Part shown: positions 31,301 through 39,348 of the stretch, piece by piece
Layout of the letters: the number at the start of each line of letters is the position of its first letter
How positions within the stretch are numbered: the first letter of the stretch is position 1
From: Nitrosopumilaceae archaeon
Lineage (GTDB): Archaea > Thermoproteota > Nitrososphaeria > Nitrososphaerales > Nitrosopumilaceae
Length of the DNA: 64,000 nt
Assembly (NCBI GenBank): GCA_965208905.1
Contig: OZ242365.1
Location: 2,112,001 to 2,176,000, forward strand
Direction of reading: 5' to 3'
Notes under the pieces: generated by a model
Told to the model about the DNA's origin: nothing
Seen by the model: only the letters and a program-made list of their open reading frames with translations
The model's database searches: none
Translations under genes and position numbers: made by a program

Positions 31301-32515
31301 CCCTATTCGGCGGGGCAAAAGTCGGCTAATGAGGATAACAAGAACGTAAAATACCCTGCCATAGAGGGTCGTGTCAAGGACACATACATTAGGATGGCAC
31401 CTAAAGGGAATCAGGTATCATTATACAACTCATACATTAAGGCTCTACGGCAGGCATCTGACCGTATAGGTGAGTCTGGTGTGATAGGGTTCATCACACC
31501 CTCTGCATATATCACCGGAATTGCCGAGGCCGGAATACGTGCCTGTCTGTATGAGGAGTTTACTGATGTGTATTGTTTGGATTTACTTGGTCAAAGAGGA
31601 ATGAAAAATAATGGTAATAGTATATTTGGGAATAGTGGTAATGAAGGCGGTATAACTGTTGGAGTTGCCATAACCATACTGGTTAAGAACCCACGAAAGA
31701 GTGGATGTACTATCCATTACAGCAAACTACCAACAAACGATTTTTACTGTGAGGAAAAACGTGCTAGGGTAAAGCAGTTGGGCCTTGTGGCCAACATAAC
31801 AGACTGGCAACCAATAACCCCAAACAGGTACCACGACTGGTTAGACCAGCGTGGTGAGGCAGACGAATCATGGCAGAAGTATTTGCCCATTGGTAGTAAA
31901 GATGCCAAACGCGGGAAAACTAACAAGGTTATGTTCAGTACATATTCGCGTGGACTTGCCACAGCTCGAGATGGCTGGGTCTACAACACGTCAAGAACAA
32001 AACTTACCGAAAACATGAAGCGACATATTGACTATTGTAACACACAGGACATTGACAACTTCACAATAGACCCAAAGCAGGCGAAATATAATACGGAGCT
32101 CGCAATCGAACTCAAAAAACTCCACAAACAGAACACAGTACCCACGTTGAACGAGTCGCATATACGAACGGCGCTGTTCCGCCCATTCCTCAAACAAAAC
32201 TTGTATTTTGACCCGACATTCATTGCAGCCAAGTACAAGATTCCCAAGTTCTTCCCGCATGGCGACGTGAAGAACCCCACCATCATGGTTCCCAACAAAA
32301 CCAAAGGAGAATTCTCCACGATAGTCATGGACCGCACACCGGACCTGCAAAACGTCGTGAACGGGCAGGCATTCCCCTTGAAGGCAAAGATACAAAACCA
32401 TGAAAATGTACGTCGGGTAGGAAGACTCCAGACTCCAGACTCCAGACTCCAGACTCCAGACTCCAGACTCCAGACTCCAGACTCCAGACTCCAGACTCAG
32501 AGAATCTGTCAATAA
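28388..32515 (+). CDS. Type ISP restriction-modification enzyme (nuclease-helicase-MTase-TRD), truncated at a tandem repeat
   Basis: Mrr-like 'D.GVDLV...IQCK', helicase 'MACGTGKT', 'DEAH', 'TATP', 'QAIGRVMR', MTase 'DPFTGAGTF' and 'GNPPY', TRD 'ATARDGWVYN'. Confidence 0.92.
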   Translation: MDADSFGKTLQHLRTICNDEGNTKGSLFEKLVRSFLKTDNLYADRFVEVYAWKDYPGRNGRGDFGVDLVGVEQDGQLCAIQCKFFDKTTLTKRSIDSFLEAGSRSEFDSMMLVYVGGGYGKNVQDALEGHGCKVLNFESLSESNVEWPDLAAGLTDIKPRKARPLWDHQKEAMSNVISKLENNNRGQLIMACGTGKTLTSLRLAEKTVGEGGLVLYAVPSISLMRQVIRNWAGDRTLQHGYVGVCSDNTVSRGQTDIPIIEMEIGVSTDEDRIASVMRRDSSKMTVIFTTYQSMEVIEKAQKLSGEPFDLVLCDEAHRTTGVEKGSAFTIIHDDEKIQARKRIYMTATPKIYKRAVKTKAANEDVVLYSMDDDSVESRSVFGPVMFRLSFSDAIDAKLLTDYDVLTLGVSEEYGGKILQKIVETTGDDGDINLTDAARMAGLYRVLERPDPDNDVLPLQTAIAYTNRISDSKRFANSFKNLMMEPAGSVEFACDAEHVDSTQNSTARDKAMQWLRDSDQDSNECRVVSNAKCLSEGVDVPALSAITFLNPKSSEIDIIQAIGRVMRKHKGKERGYVIIPLGIPPDTEPEKILNNEKSFGVVWNVLRALRSHDSRLDVEVNTADLKKQLPKRIKFIGIDREGKRVDNEEGGKSFSLGELDVPADALYSRIVEEVGDRQYLARWANDVAAVVSRIQERIGVVVADGPARDKFGAYMVGLRDIIHDTISESEGIGMLAQHMVTRRIFGAMFGTDNFAQSNPVSAALDAVLNELRAHGLDTELRDLEKFYNSIELRVAGLDSHDARQRVISELYGTFFKKAFSKMADRLGIVYTPTEVVDFILRSVDHVLRENFGRGLTDEGVNVIDPFTGAGTFIARMMSKDLDLIRDEDIERKYEYEIFANEIVLLAYYIAAVNCESMYGQRTGSFKQFEGLSFTDTFSPGNLDEHTGDVMAGPKKRIRRQREAKITCIVGNPPYSAGQKSANEDNKNVKYPAIEGRVKDTYIRMAPKGNQVSLYNSYIKALRQASDRIGESGVIGFITPSAYITGIAEAGIRACLYEEFTDVYCLDLLGQRGMKNNGNSIFGNSGNEGGITVGVAITILVKNPRKSGCTIHYSKLPTNDFYCEEKRARVKQLGLVANITDWQPITPNRYHDWLDQRGEADESWQKYLPIGSKDAKRGKTNKVMFSTYSRGLATARDGWVYNTSRTKLTENMKRHIDYCNTQDIDNFTIDPKQAKYNTELAIELKKLHKQNTVPTLNESHIRTALFRPFLKQNLYFDPTFIAAKYKIPKFFPHGDVKNPTIMVPNKTKGEFSTIVMDRTPDLQNVVNGQAFPLKAKIQNHENVRRVGRLQTPDSRLQTPDSRLQTPDSRLQTQRICQ
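32423..32498 (+). repeat. Heptanucleotide tandem repeat (AGACTCC)x10 plus AGACTC
   Basis: Counted directly; encodes RLQTPDS with no stop in any plus-strand frame. Confidence 0.97.
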
Positions 32516-32621
32516 TCGTACCGGACAAGATCAAAGGCGAGTTCTCGGTATTCATAACGGATATGACACCGGACTTGGAGGTGGTTCACCACGGCCAAGT
32601 ATTCCCGATGAAGGTGATGAC

Positions 32622-33281
32622 ATGAAGGATAACATCACCGAGTGGGCGCTGGAACAATACCGCCAAATATACAAAGATGACACAATAACCAAACAGGACA
32701 TCTTCTACTACACGTATGGTGTGCTGCACAGCCCAGGATTCCGGAAGAAGTACCAGGCGTTCTTGGTGCGCGGCATCCCCAACATTCCGTACGCCCCTAA
32801 CTTCCGTGCCTTTGAGAAGGCGGGTCGCGAGCTCGCATACCTACACCTCAATTACGAGACCTGCCCACGGTACGACTTGGGCGAACCACTACATCCAATA
32901 CCGAACCAACCCAAAAAGATAGCGTTTGGTAAGAAAGCCCGCGACGGGCCTGGCCCAGACACCGCAGACGACCAGAGCAAACTCCTGTTGGATGGTATAC
33001 TGGTGTATGACATTCTCCCTATTGTTACGTATCATGTAAATGGTAAGACCCCCATTGGTTGGTTTGAGGACAGATACGGCTTTAGTATAGACCACAAGGG
33101 TAAGTCGGGCAACACTAACTGGCCACTGGAAGGTGTCGGTGGAGATACGATACGCGCCATAATAGAACGGCTCGTATACGTTGGTGTGGAATCAGATAGA
33201 ATAATACAAAACCTGCCGGAGGAGTTTGAGATGGAAGTTAAACCACAGGAGCCTACCGGCTTGGACATGTATACTGCCTGA
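32622..33281 (+). CDS. C-terminal part of the type ISP specificity domain
   Basis: 'DNITEWAL...ITKQDIFYYTYGVLHSP.FRKKY...P.IP', 'AGRELA.LHLNYE', 'Y.VNGKTPI.W' typical of type ISP C-termini. Confidence 0.88.
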   Translation: MKDNITEWALEQYRQIYKDDTITKQDIFYYTYGVLHSPGFRKKYQAFLVRGIPNIPYAPNFRAFEKAGRELAYLHLNYETCPRYDLGEPLHPIPNQPKKIAFGKKARDGPGPDTADDQSKLLLDGILVYDILPIVTYHVNGKTPIGWFEDRYGFSIDHKGKSGNTNWPLEGVGGDTIRAIIERLVYVGVESDRIIQNLPEEFEMEVKPQEPTGLDMYTA

Positions 33282-33329
33282 ATTACACTATGTGTAATTC
33301 ACAGACTAACATTACTATGTGACTGAAGC

Positions 33330-33473
33330 CTATCTTACCCTTGCCTTGTTCCAGTACGGCGACTTACACTTCTTGTTGTTGCAGTGTTTAGGGGATTCGT
33401 TTCGACTGTACCAAACCTCGCCGCATCTGTTGCACTCGTGCTTCCAATACGCACCCTCAACCTTCGTGCTCAT
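33330..33473 (-). CDS. Small zinc-ribbon protein (47 aa)
   Basis: MSTKVEGAYWKHECNRCGEVWYSRNESPKHCNNKKCKSPYWNKARVR; divergent from the transposase. Confidence 0.7.
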   Translation of the reverse strand: MSTKVEGAYWKHECNRCGEVWYSRNESPKHCNNKKCKSPYWNKARVR

Positions 33474-33557
33474 ACTGTACGATACACGTACCACACATAT
33501 AACTGATACCCATATATACCCAGAACCCCTATATATTGTAACTGACATAGTGGAATC

Positions 33558-34679
33558 ATGAAAGGCACCACGCGAGAACTCCGGGGCAGACAGATAAAGC
33601 CCGACCAAATCGCGAAGGTTGACGAACATACCTATACAGTAAGATCCCAGTCATCCGAAGGGGTATACGAGTTGATGTCCACCGAGCACGGGTGGATATG
33701 TAGTTGTCCGGACCACATGTACCGGGGTGTCTGTTGCAAGCATATTCACGCCGTTGAGATATCCAAGAGGATGCGCGAGGCCGTCCAGCAGGGGACCATT
33801 ATACGACAGGTGGACCTGGGTAGATGCAAGCGCTGCGACTCGGACAACATTGTCAAGCAGGGGATGCGCAAACTCAAGAGGGGACCCGTCCAAGGGTACA
33901 AGTGCAAGGACTGCGGTAAGCGGTTCACGCACAATCTCGGCTTTGAGAAAAAACATGCCACACCCGAACAGATTACACAAGCCGTAGATTTGCTGTTTAG
34001 TGGCTTGTCTAGCAGGAAGGTTGCCAAGAGCCTTGAGATGACAGGCTTCAAGATCACCTACAAGACCGTTCAGAATTGGGGTAAAGAGTATGCTGAGATA
34101 ATGGAACGGTTCGCCGACACCATCAAACCACAGGTCGGAGAGACTTGGCGCACTGATGAATTATATCTGAAAATCAAAGGTAACCGCAAATATCTATTTG
34201 CCATGCTTGATTCTGAAACTCGCTTTTGGATAGCCAAGATGGTAGCCACCCACAAAGGCAATGATGACGTCGCGCCGATGTTTAAACAGGCCAAGCGTGT
34301 AGCGGGTAAAGTCCCAACTACGCTGTATAGTGACAAGGCCGCCAACTTTCACAATGCATGGAAGAAGCAATACAAATCAAAGAACTTTCTGCACAAAGAG
34401 ACCGAGCATATACATGATGTTGCCTTTGATGGTATCCACCACAATAACCAAATGGAGAGCTTCAACGGAGCAACACTACGACACCGTGAAAAAGTAACCA
34501 GAGGGCTTAAGCGTGAGGACTCTGGTATTATTACTGGATTACGACTCTACCATAACTTTGTCAAACCACATGAAGGACTCCCAGACAAAATTACACCCGC
34601 CGAGGCCGCAGGTATTGCCGTAGAGGGAGATAACAAATACCTGACCCTCATTCGAGCCGCCGCAGAGTCGGCGACTTAA
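33558..34679 (+). CDS. IS6-family DDE transposase with N-terminal SWIM finger and zinc ribbon
   Basis: SWIM 'CSCPD......CKH', 'CKRC..CKDC', HTH, DDE 'WRTDELYLKIKG', 'YSDK', 'NNQMESFN'; intact ORF. Confidence 0.88.
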   Translation: MKGTTRELRGRQIKPDQIAKVDEHTYTVRSQSSEGVYELMSTEHGWICSCPDHMYRGVCCKHIHAVEISKRMREAVQQGTIIRQVDLGRCKRCDSDNIVKQGMRKLKRGPVQGYKCKDCGKRFTHNLGFEKKHATPEQITQAVDLLFSGLSSRKVAKSLEMTGFKITYKTVQNWGKEYAEIMERFADTIKPQVGETWRTDELYLKIKGNRKYLFAMLDSETRFWIAKMVATHKGNDDVAPMFKQAKRVAGKVPTTLYSDKAANFHNAWKKQYKSKNFLHKETEHIHDVAFDGIHHNNQMESFNGATLRHREKVTRGLKREDSGIITGLRLYHNFVKPHEGLPDKITPAEAAGIAVEGDNKYLTLIRAAAESAT

Positions 34680-34691
34680 TCTCTCATTTTT

Positions 34692-34742
34692 TATGTCCCT
34701 AATTTCCCACTATACGCCATGTCCCACTGATTTCCCAGAACC
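34692..34742 (-). repeat. Right terminal inverted repeat
   Basis: Reverse complement matches 13414-13464 at 49/51 positions. Confidence 0.9.
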
Positions 34743-34875
34743 CTTTTTTATAAAAATTAGGTTGCACTAGGATCAGGCGTATGGTAGATGCGCCAAGCAT
34801 TATACAAACGAGTGTATCTATAGCAGAGTCTATCGCGCAAAGGGTTAAATCAATACTATATGTGATAGAGTTATT

Positions 34876-34952
34876 GCCGCCCTAGCTCAGCGTGGTAGAG
34901 CAGCGGACTGTTAATCCGTTGGTCGACAGTTCAAGTCTGTCGGGCGGCGCCA
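34876..34952 (+). tRNA. tRNA-Asn(GTT), CCA encoded
   Basis: GCCGCCC/GGGCGGC acceptor stem, D loop 'TGGTA', anticodon arm GCGGA-CTGTTAA-TCCGT, T loop 'GTTCAAGTC'. Confidence 0.95.
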
Positions 34953-35166
34953 TCCATATCGATACTACATATATTCATCTAGCGAACTGCCACTCTATAC
35001 GAAAGTATTTGATATTGTACTGAACTGACCATCTGCAAAATCTCCTGTTACCAACCTCACATCAGCGAGTATCTGCTGGGTCATAATGTATATCATTTAC
35101 AATGGAGTGTGATTTTCAATATTGTATAGTTTAACCTTTTATACAAAAAATACCACAATATATCAG

Positions 35167-35412
35167 ATGGCCAGAGCAAGGACTAACCGTTACTGTGTGG
35201 ACTGTAGTGCAAGGTTGGTATATTATGCCCGGCTCTCCAACCCAAAGGCTCCCAACGAACATAGGGTACTAGTGTATGCATGCCCTAATTGTACCAAGAA
35301 CTTTGAAAAGCCAAAGATGTTCTCTATTCGCCGGAATCAGGTCGATGATCCTCTTGAAACCGTCGAAATAGAGATAACACAGTATAGAAAGAAAAAATCT
35401 ACCAGTGTATGA
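35167..35412 (+). CDS. Small zinc-binding hypothetical protein
   Basis: CVDC and CPNC motifs; start at MARART. Confidence 0.7.
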   Translation: MARARTNRYCVDCSARLVYYARLSNPKAPNEHRVLVYACPNCTKNFEKPKMFSIRRNQVDDPLETVEIEITQYRKKKSTSV

Positions 35413-35572
35413 TGTACAAACAGCAATACAATGCCATACCATACATGTTTTGGTATATACAGGTATGAGTGCTTGACTCTTACAGCTGAATGTACACCTC
35501 ATATTGATAACTTGATCGGCACAAAATCCATACAAATAAACTTTATATGTGTTCCAACAATACTCTCACTAG

Positions 35573-35902
35573 ATGTTTAGTTATAAGTGGTATTTGATAT
35601 TTCTATTTGCGTCTTTGGCAGTAAGCATAGGCATACAGCTCATACTACCCTTCCCATATGGGCTAGGTGTGGCGTTGGCGCTGTTCATAATGTTACCATT
35701 ATTAATCAGGAGACGATTTATGAATCGGGCTGCGGGTGGTGGATCCCAAAGCATGGGTGGCGGTTTCTTTGGAATTGGGTCCAAACCAGGTAGTTCCTCT
35801 ATAAATTACGTCTGCTTGGTGTGCAACAACAAATACAAGGGAGGGGTTTGCCCCCGTTGTGGCTCAAAGATGAAGCGTGCGGACTTTCGTAATGACTCTT
35901 GA
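35573..35902 (+). CDS. Membrane protein with C-terminal zinc ribbon
   Basis: Two TM helices, then 'CLVC...CPRCGS'. Confidence 0.7.
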   Translation: MFSYKWYLIFLFASLAVSIGIQLILPFPYGLGVALALFIMLPLLIRRRFMNRAAGGGSQSMGGGFFGIGSKPGSSSINYVCLVCNNKYKGGVCPRCGSKMKRADFRNDS

Positions 35903-36206
35903 AGAACTGCGCAAAAAAGTACTCTTTCACAACTCTGTTGATGTATGGATGGAGTACTGCGCAGAGACAGACCGCGATTGGAAGGATACAAAAGGATATG
36001 GTAGATTTATCAAATATTTACTCGATAAAAATCTGAATCTCAAATCATTCAACTTGTGTGCGCATGAATCTGGCGAGACAAAGTTAGATAAAAAAGAGTT
36101 TGCCGAGAGGCTGGCAAATCTAAAACGGACCAATCCCGAGTATGCCACGTATACACTACGTCTAAATGGTGAAATAATTGATGCCATACGAACTTTTACA
36201 GACTAA
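35892..36206 (+). CDS. Hypothetical protein
   Basis: 'MTLEELRKKVLFHNSVDVW...' overlaps the upstream gene end. Confidence 0.65.
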   Translation: MTLEELRKKVLFHNSVDVWMEYCAETDRDWKDTKGYGRFIKYLLDKNLNLKSFNLCAHESGETKLDKKEFAERLANLKRTNPEYATYTLRLNGEIIDAIRTFTD

Positions 36207-36248
36207 AAATTCCTATACACTTGTGAGTTGTATCCATATGGAATAATA

Positions 36249-36701
36249 TCAACGATGTTTTTGAAAGTATTTCTGATGATACTCTTCAGCATCATAGAAT
36301 GGCACCGCTGGTCTTATCTCGGTCACTATGGGACGAGCGTATGACTTTGATATGTTGTGTAGTGATTCGCGTGCGGTCTCTATCTGAGCATCATCATGAC
36401 AGAATATGGCAGAACGATATTGGCTACCTATGTCTGGACCTTGTCTATTCAGTGTAGTGGGGTCATGATTCTTCCAGAATATGTCAAGAAGTGTATTGTA
36501 TGATACAATATTTGGATCATACTCGACTTGGACTGCCTCGGCATGGCCTGTATAGTCACCACATACATCCTGATATGATGGGTTAGGCATTGTACCTCCA
36601 GTATATCCAACCTTTGTTGATGTAACACCTTCTGTGTGGCCAAATATCTCCTCTACATGCCAAAAACATCCTGCAGCAAAAGTTGCCTTCATCTCTAGCA
36701 T
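36249..36701 (-). CDS. msrA: Peptide-methionine (S)-S-oxide reductase
   Basis: 'AGCFW', 'GHAEAV', '[17 protein letters not shown]', 'AEEYHQKY'. Confidence 0.96.
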   Translation of the reverse strand: MLEMKATFAAGCFWHVEEIFGHTEGVTSTKVGYTGGTMPNPSYQDVCGDYTGHAEAVQVEYDPNIVSYNTLLDIFWKNHDPTTLNRQGPDIGSQYRSAIFCHDDAQIETARESLHNISKSYARPIVTEIRPAVPFYDAEEYHQKYFQKHR

Positions 36702-36792
36702 TTTTAGATTTGTAAATTAATTAATGTATTGCAAAGAGTTGGTGTTGTAGTATGAGTGCTACATTTATGGGGCATCCTGTATTGTACACAGT

Positions 36793-37668
36793 ATGGATTG
36801 TGATAGATGTAAAGACAAGGCCGTGTACACGCGAAGATATTCAGGGGAGAGTCTGTGCGGCAGATGTTTCTCCCAGTCCATAGTAAGAAAGACGGCCAAG
36901 ACCATATCAAAATATAACATGATACAAAGGGGCGATGATGTAGCTGTAGCTGTATCTGGAGGCAAGGACTCGCTCTCGCTGTTACATGTCTTGAGCAAAC
37001 TATCAAAGAGTGGGGGATATACCATAAGAGCGGTTACAATCGATGAGGGTATACCAGGTTATAGGGACGAGGCCTTGGAGATAGTGGACAGATACTGTAA
37101 TGATATGGGTATTCAGTATTCCGTACTCAGCTACAAGCAGATGTATAACACAACACTACAAGAGAGGCTGGATCAACGCACAGACAATACATCATCGTGT
37201 TCACTGTGTGGTGTGTTGAGACGACAAGCCATTGAGCAAGCTGCTACAGATGCAGATGTAATTGCCACTGCCCATAATATGGATGACTACATACAAACAT
37301 TTCTTATAAATACAATGTCCGGGGACGTTTCACGGATAGGACGAAATATTATAGGTGCGTCTAGACGTGTACAACCATTCTGCAATATATACGAGTCTGA
37401 GATTGTCTTTTATGCGTTTATCAATGATATACCCTTTCAGAGCGAACCATGTCCCCACATGGATGAGGGAATCCGTACCAGTATACGTGAATTTCTAAAC
37501 GAGTTAGAAGAGAAGCACAGTGGAATAAAAAACAACATGAACAAGTCCATTCAAAAGATAGCCAATTATGTTCAGGATACCAAAGTGCGCAAGACTTGCC
37601 AGATGTGTGGTCAGCAGTCAACTACTGAAGTCTGCTCAGTATGTCGTATGTTGGAGCGGACGGCATGA
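36793..37668 (+). CDS. tRNA 2-thiolation protein (TtuA/Ncs6 family)
   Basis: N- and C-terminal Zn fingers, 'SGGKDS', 'CSLCGVLRR', 'TAHNMDD', 'PCPH'. Confidence 0.9.
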   Translation: MDCDRCKDKAVYTRRYSGESLCGRCFSQSIVRKTAKTISKYNMIQRGDDVAVAVSGGKDSLSLLHVLSKLSKSGGYTIRAVTIDEGIPGYRDEALEIVDRYCNDMGIQYSVLSYKQMYNTTLQERLDQRTDNTSSCSLCGVLRRQAIEQAATDADVIATAHNMDDYIQTFLINTMSGDVSRIGRNIIGASRRVQPFCNIYESEIVFYAFINDIPFQSEPCPHMDEGIRTSIREFLNELEEKHSGIKNNMNKSIQKIANYVQDTKVRKTCQMCGQQSTTEVCSVCRMLERTA

Positions 37669-37850
37669 CTTTATGCGGTTGATGTACACCTCTGAGCAGG
37701 CATACTCTGCATCGCATTATACACACAGGATACTGGAATATATGGTCTTGCGCATGTATCACAATAGGTCTGTATCATATACAAAATAGTATTAAAATTC
37801 TGGTCTGATGACAGCCTGGGAGTGTCATTATACAAATTTTCGTATTAAAT

Positions 37851-39310
37851 GGGAATTACATACAAAAGTACACAGCCTTGGGGTTCTGAGAGTCAGGTGG
37901 GTTTCGTGACTACGTCAATCTTCTTAAATACCAGTATACCGTATTACACATCATGATACGGATAGTCAAGGTACCGCTACGAAGAGATGTGTTGTTTGCA
38001 GAGTGGGCGCACCACACGAATCATGCGTCAAGATACGTATACAATCGCGCCGTCTCGGAGTATTTGTATAGTGAAAAGTACTTCAAGAGGGTTGTGGTGG
38101 ATATACTACACCCGTTCAAGTTACCCGGTAAGTCGAGTTTCACGACAGGTATGTTGGATGACTACTATCAGGCGTATGATTTTAGCCCGTCAAAGAGGGC
38201 ATTGAAGTATGGTATGTTCAAGCAGCTTACGGGGTGGCGCGCTGAACATACATGGCTACGCGAGTGCCCCATGGTGTTTGGCCGCGGTGCTATACAGGAT
38301 GCCTCGGTTGCATGTAGGAGGGTTGTAGAGGACAATTCAAACCATACACCGTACCGCCGCAAAGATGGCCGCATCATACTTAGTTCTATTACGCCACCCA
38401 TATGGAAAGACAATCATACGGTACGAATACCCGGATATGGTATTGTAAACACGGCAAAACCAATAGACGAAGCATGGGACATGCGCTCATTCAAGATAGT
38501 TGATGTTACAAAACATGTGGACAAGCATACAAAGCCATCTGATCACATGTTCGAGCTGCATATAGCCGTGTATACACCGGTAAAACCACACCGTAATACG
38601 GGTACAATACGCGGTGTGGACGTTGGCGGCAAGCACCTGGCGGTCACGGTAGACACTGATGGCAATATTGTGATACATAACACCAGACACAAAAAGATAC
38701 TGCGGGAGATTGACGCGCTCAAAAGCCTGCGTGACCATAAAAAGAAACATAGCCGGAAGTGGCATGTATTGAACGACCAAATCAAACGATTATACAGGAA
38801 GGCTGACGGCATTGCCGTGAATACCATAAACCAGACTGTATCACGTGTTGTACAGGGTACGGATGCCGTCATAGCCGAGATACTATCCATACAGGACATG
38901 ACCGCACATGGTGGGAACTACAAAAAACACATGAACCGTTCCATGCGGGAGAATAGGCTTGGCGAGTTCCTGCGGAAGTTGGCGCAGCGATGCGAAAAAG
39001 AAGGCATTCCATTGTGTGGGGTGATGGCCAACTATACAAGCCAGACGTGCCATGTGTGTGGTCATGTAGATTCGGAGTCGCGTATATCACGCGACCAGTT
39101 CATTTGCACTAATTGTACCAGAGTATTTCACGCGGACGTAAATGCCGCCTGGAATATTCTGTATCGGGTGGCGGGGAACGTCATCCTTAGACGGCCGGAG
39201 CATAAGGAGGGTTACAAGCCAACACCCACCATGCTCTATACTATACAACGAGGCCGTCAGAAAAGGCATGAGTGTACGGCTGAGGCTGTGTACTTTTGTA
39301 TATAATTCCC
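37851..39310 (+). mobile_element. Non-autonomous TIR element carrying tnpB
   Basis: 28-bp TIRs GGGAATTA(C/T)ATACAAAAGTACACAGCCT at 37851-37878 and 39283-39310; 8-bp TSD TATTAAAT at 37843-37850 and 39311-39318. Confidence 0.85.
37953..39305 (+). CDS. tnpB: RNA-guided endonuclease TnpB
   Basis: RuvC I 'GVDVG', RuvC II 'IAEIL', Zn finger 'TSQTCHVCG...CTNC', RuvC III 'ADVNAAWNI'. Confidence 0.9.
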   Translation: MIRIVKVPLRRDVLFAEWAHHTNHASRYVYNRAVSEYLYSEKYFKRVVVDILHPFKLPGKSSFTTGMLDDYYQAYDFSPSKRALKYGMFKQLTGWRAEHTWLRECPMVFGRGAIQDASVACRRVVEDNSNHTPYRRKDGRIILSSITPPIWKDNHTVRIPGYGIVNTAKPIDEAWDMRSFKIVDVTKHVDKHTKPSDHMFELHIAVYTPVKPHRNTGTIRGVDVGGKHLAVTVDTDGNIVIHNTRHKKILREIDALKSLRDHKKKHSRKWHVLNDQIKRLYRKADGIAVNTINQTVSRVVQGTDAVIAEILSIQDMTAHGGNYKKHMNRSMRENRLGEFLRKLAQRCEKEGIPLCGVMANYTSQTCHVCGHVDSESRISRDQFICTNCTRVFHADVNAAWNILYRVAGNVILRRPEHKEGYKPTPTMLYTIQRGRQKRHECTAEAVYFCI

Positions 39311-39348
39311 TATTAAATAAATATCGCATGTCTTTTTACTATAACAAA

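Larger units (their letters stand above)
13414..34742. mobile_element. 21.3-kb IS6-family unit transposon carrying defence genes
   Basis: 51-bp TIRs (13414-13464 / 34692-34742, 2 mismatches) starting GGTTCTG; 8-bp direct repeat CTTTTTTA at 13406-13413 and 34743-34750; IS6-type transposase ends 12 bp inside the right TIR. Confidence 0.88.

Noticed and set aside
32423-32498. Possible CRISPR array
   Set aside because: Pure 7-bp tandem repeat with no spacers; no cas genes in the window.
31991-32555. Minus-strand ORFs with SLESGVW repeats
   Set aside because: Antisense shadows of the heptamer tract within the type ISP gene.
34876-34952. tRNA-Asn as the integration (att) site of the defence island
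   Set aside because: No duplicated tRNA 3' end was seen, the island ends about 130 bp upstream of the tRNA, and the TIRs plus 8-bp TSD point to transposition.
37953-39305. Cas12f / type V CRISPR effector
   Set aside because: No CRISPR array or cas1/cas2 nearby; size and motifs fit TnpB.
39142-39348. N-terminal extension of ORF 39142-40881
   Set aside because: It overlaps the tnpB 3' end and right TIR; a signal peptide starts at ATG 39349.
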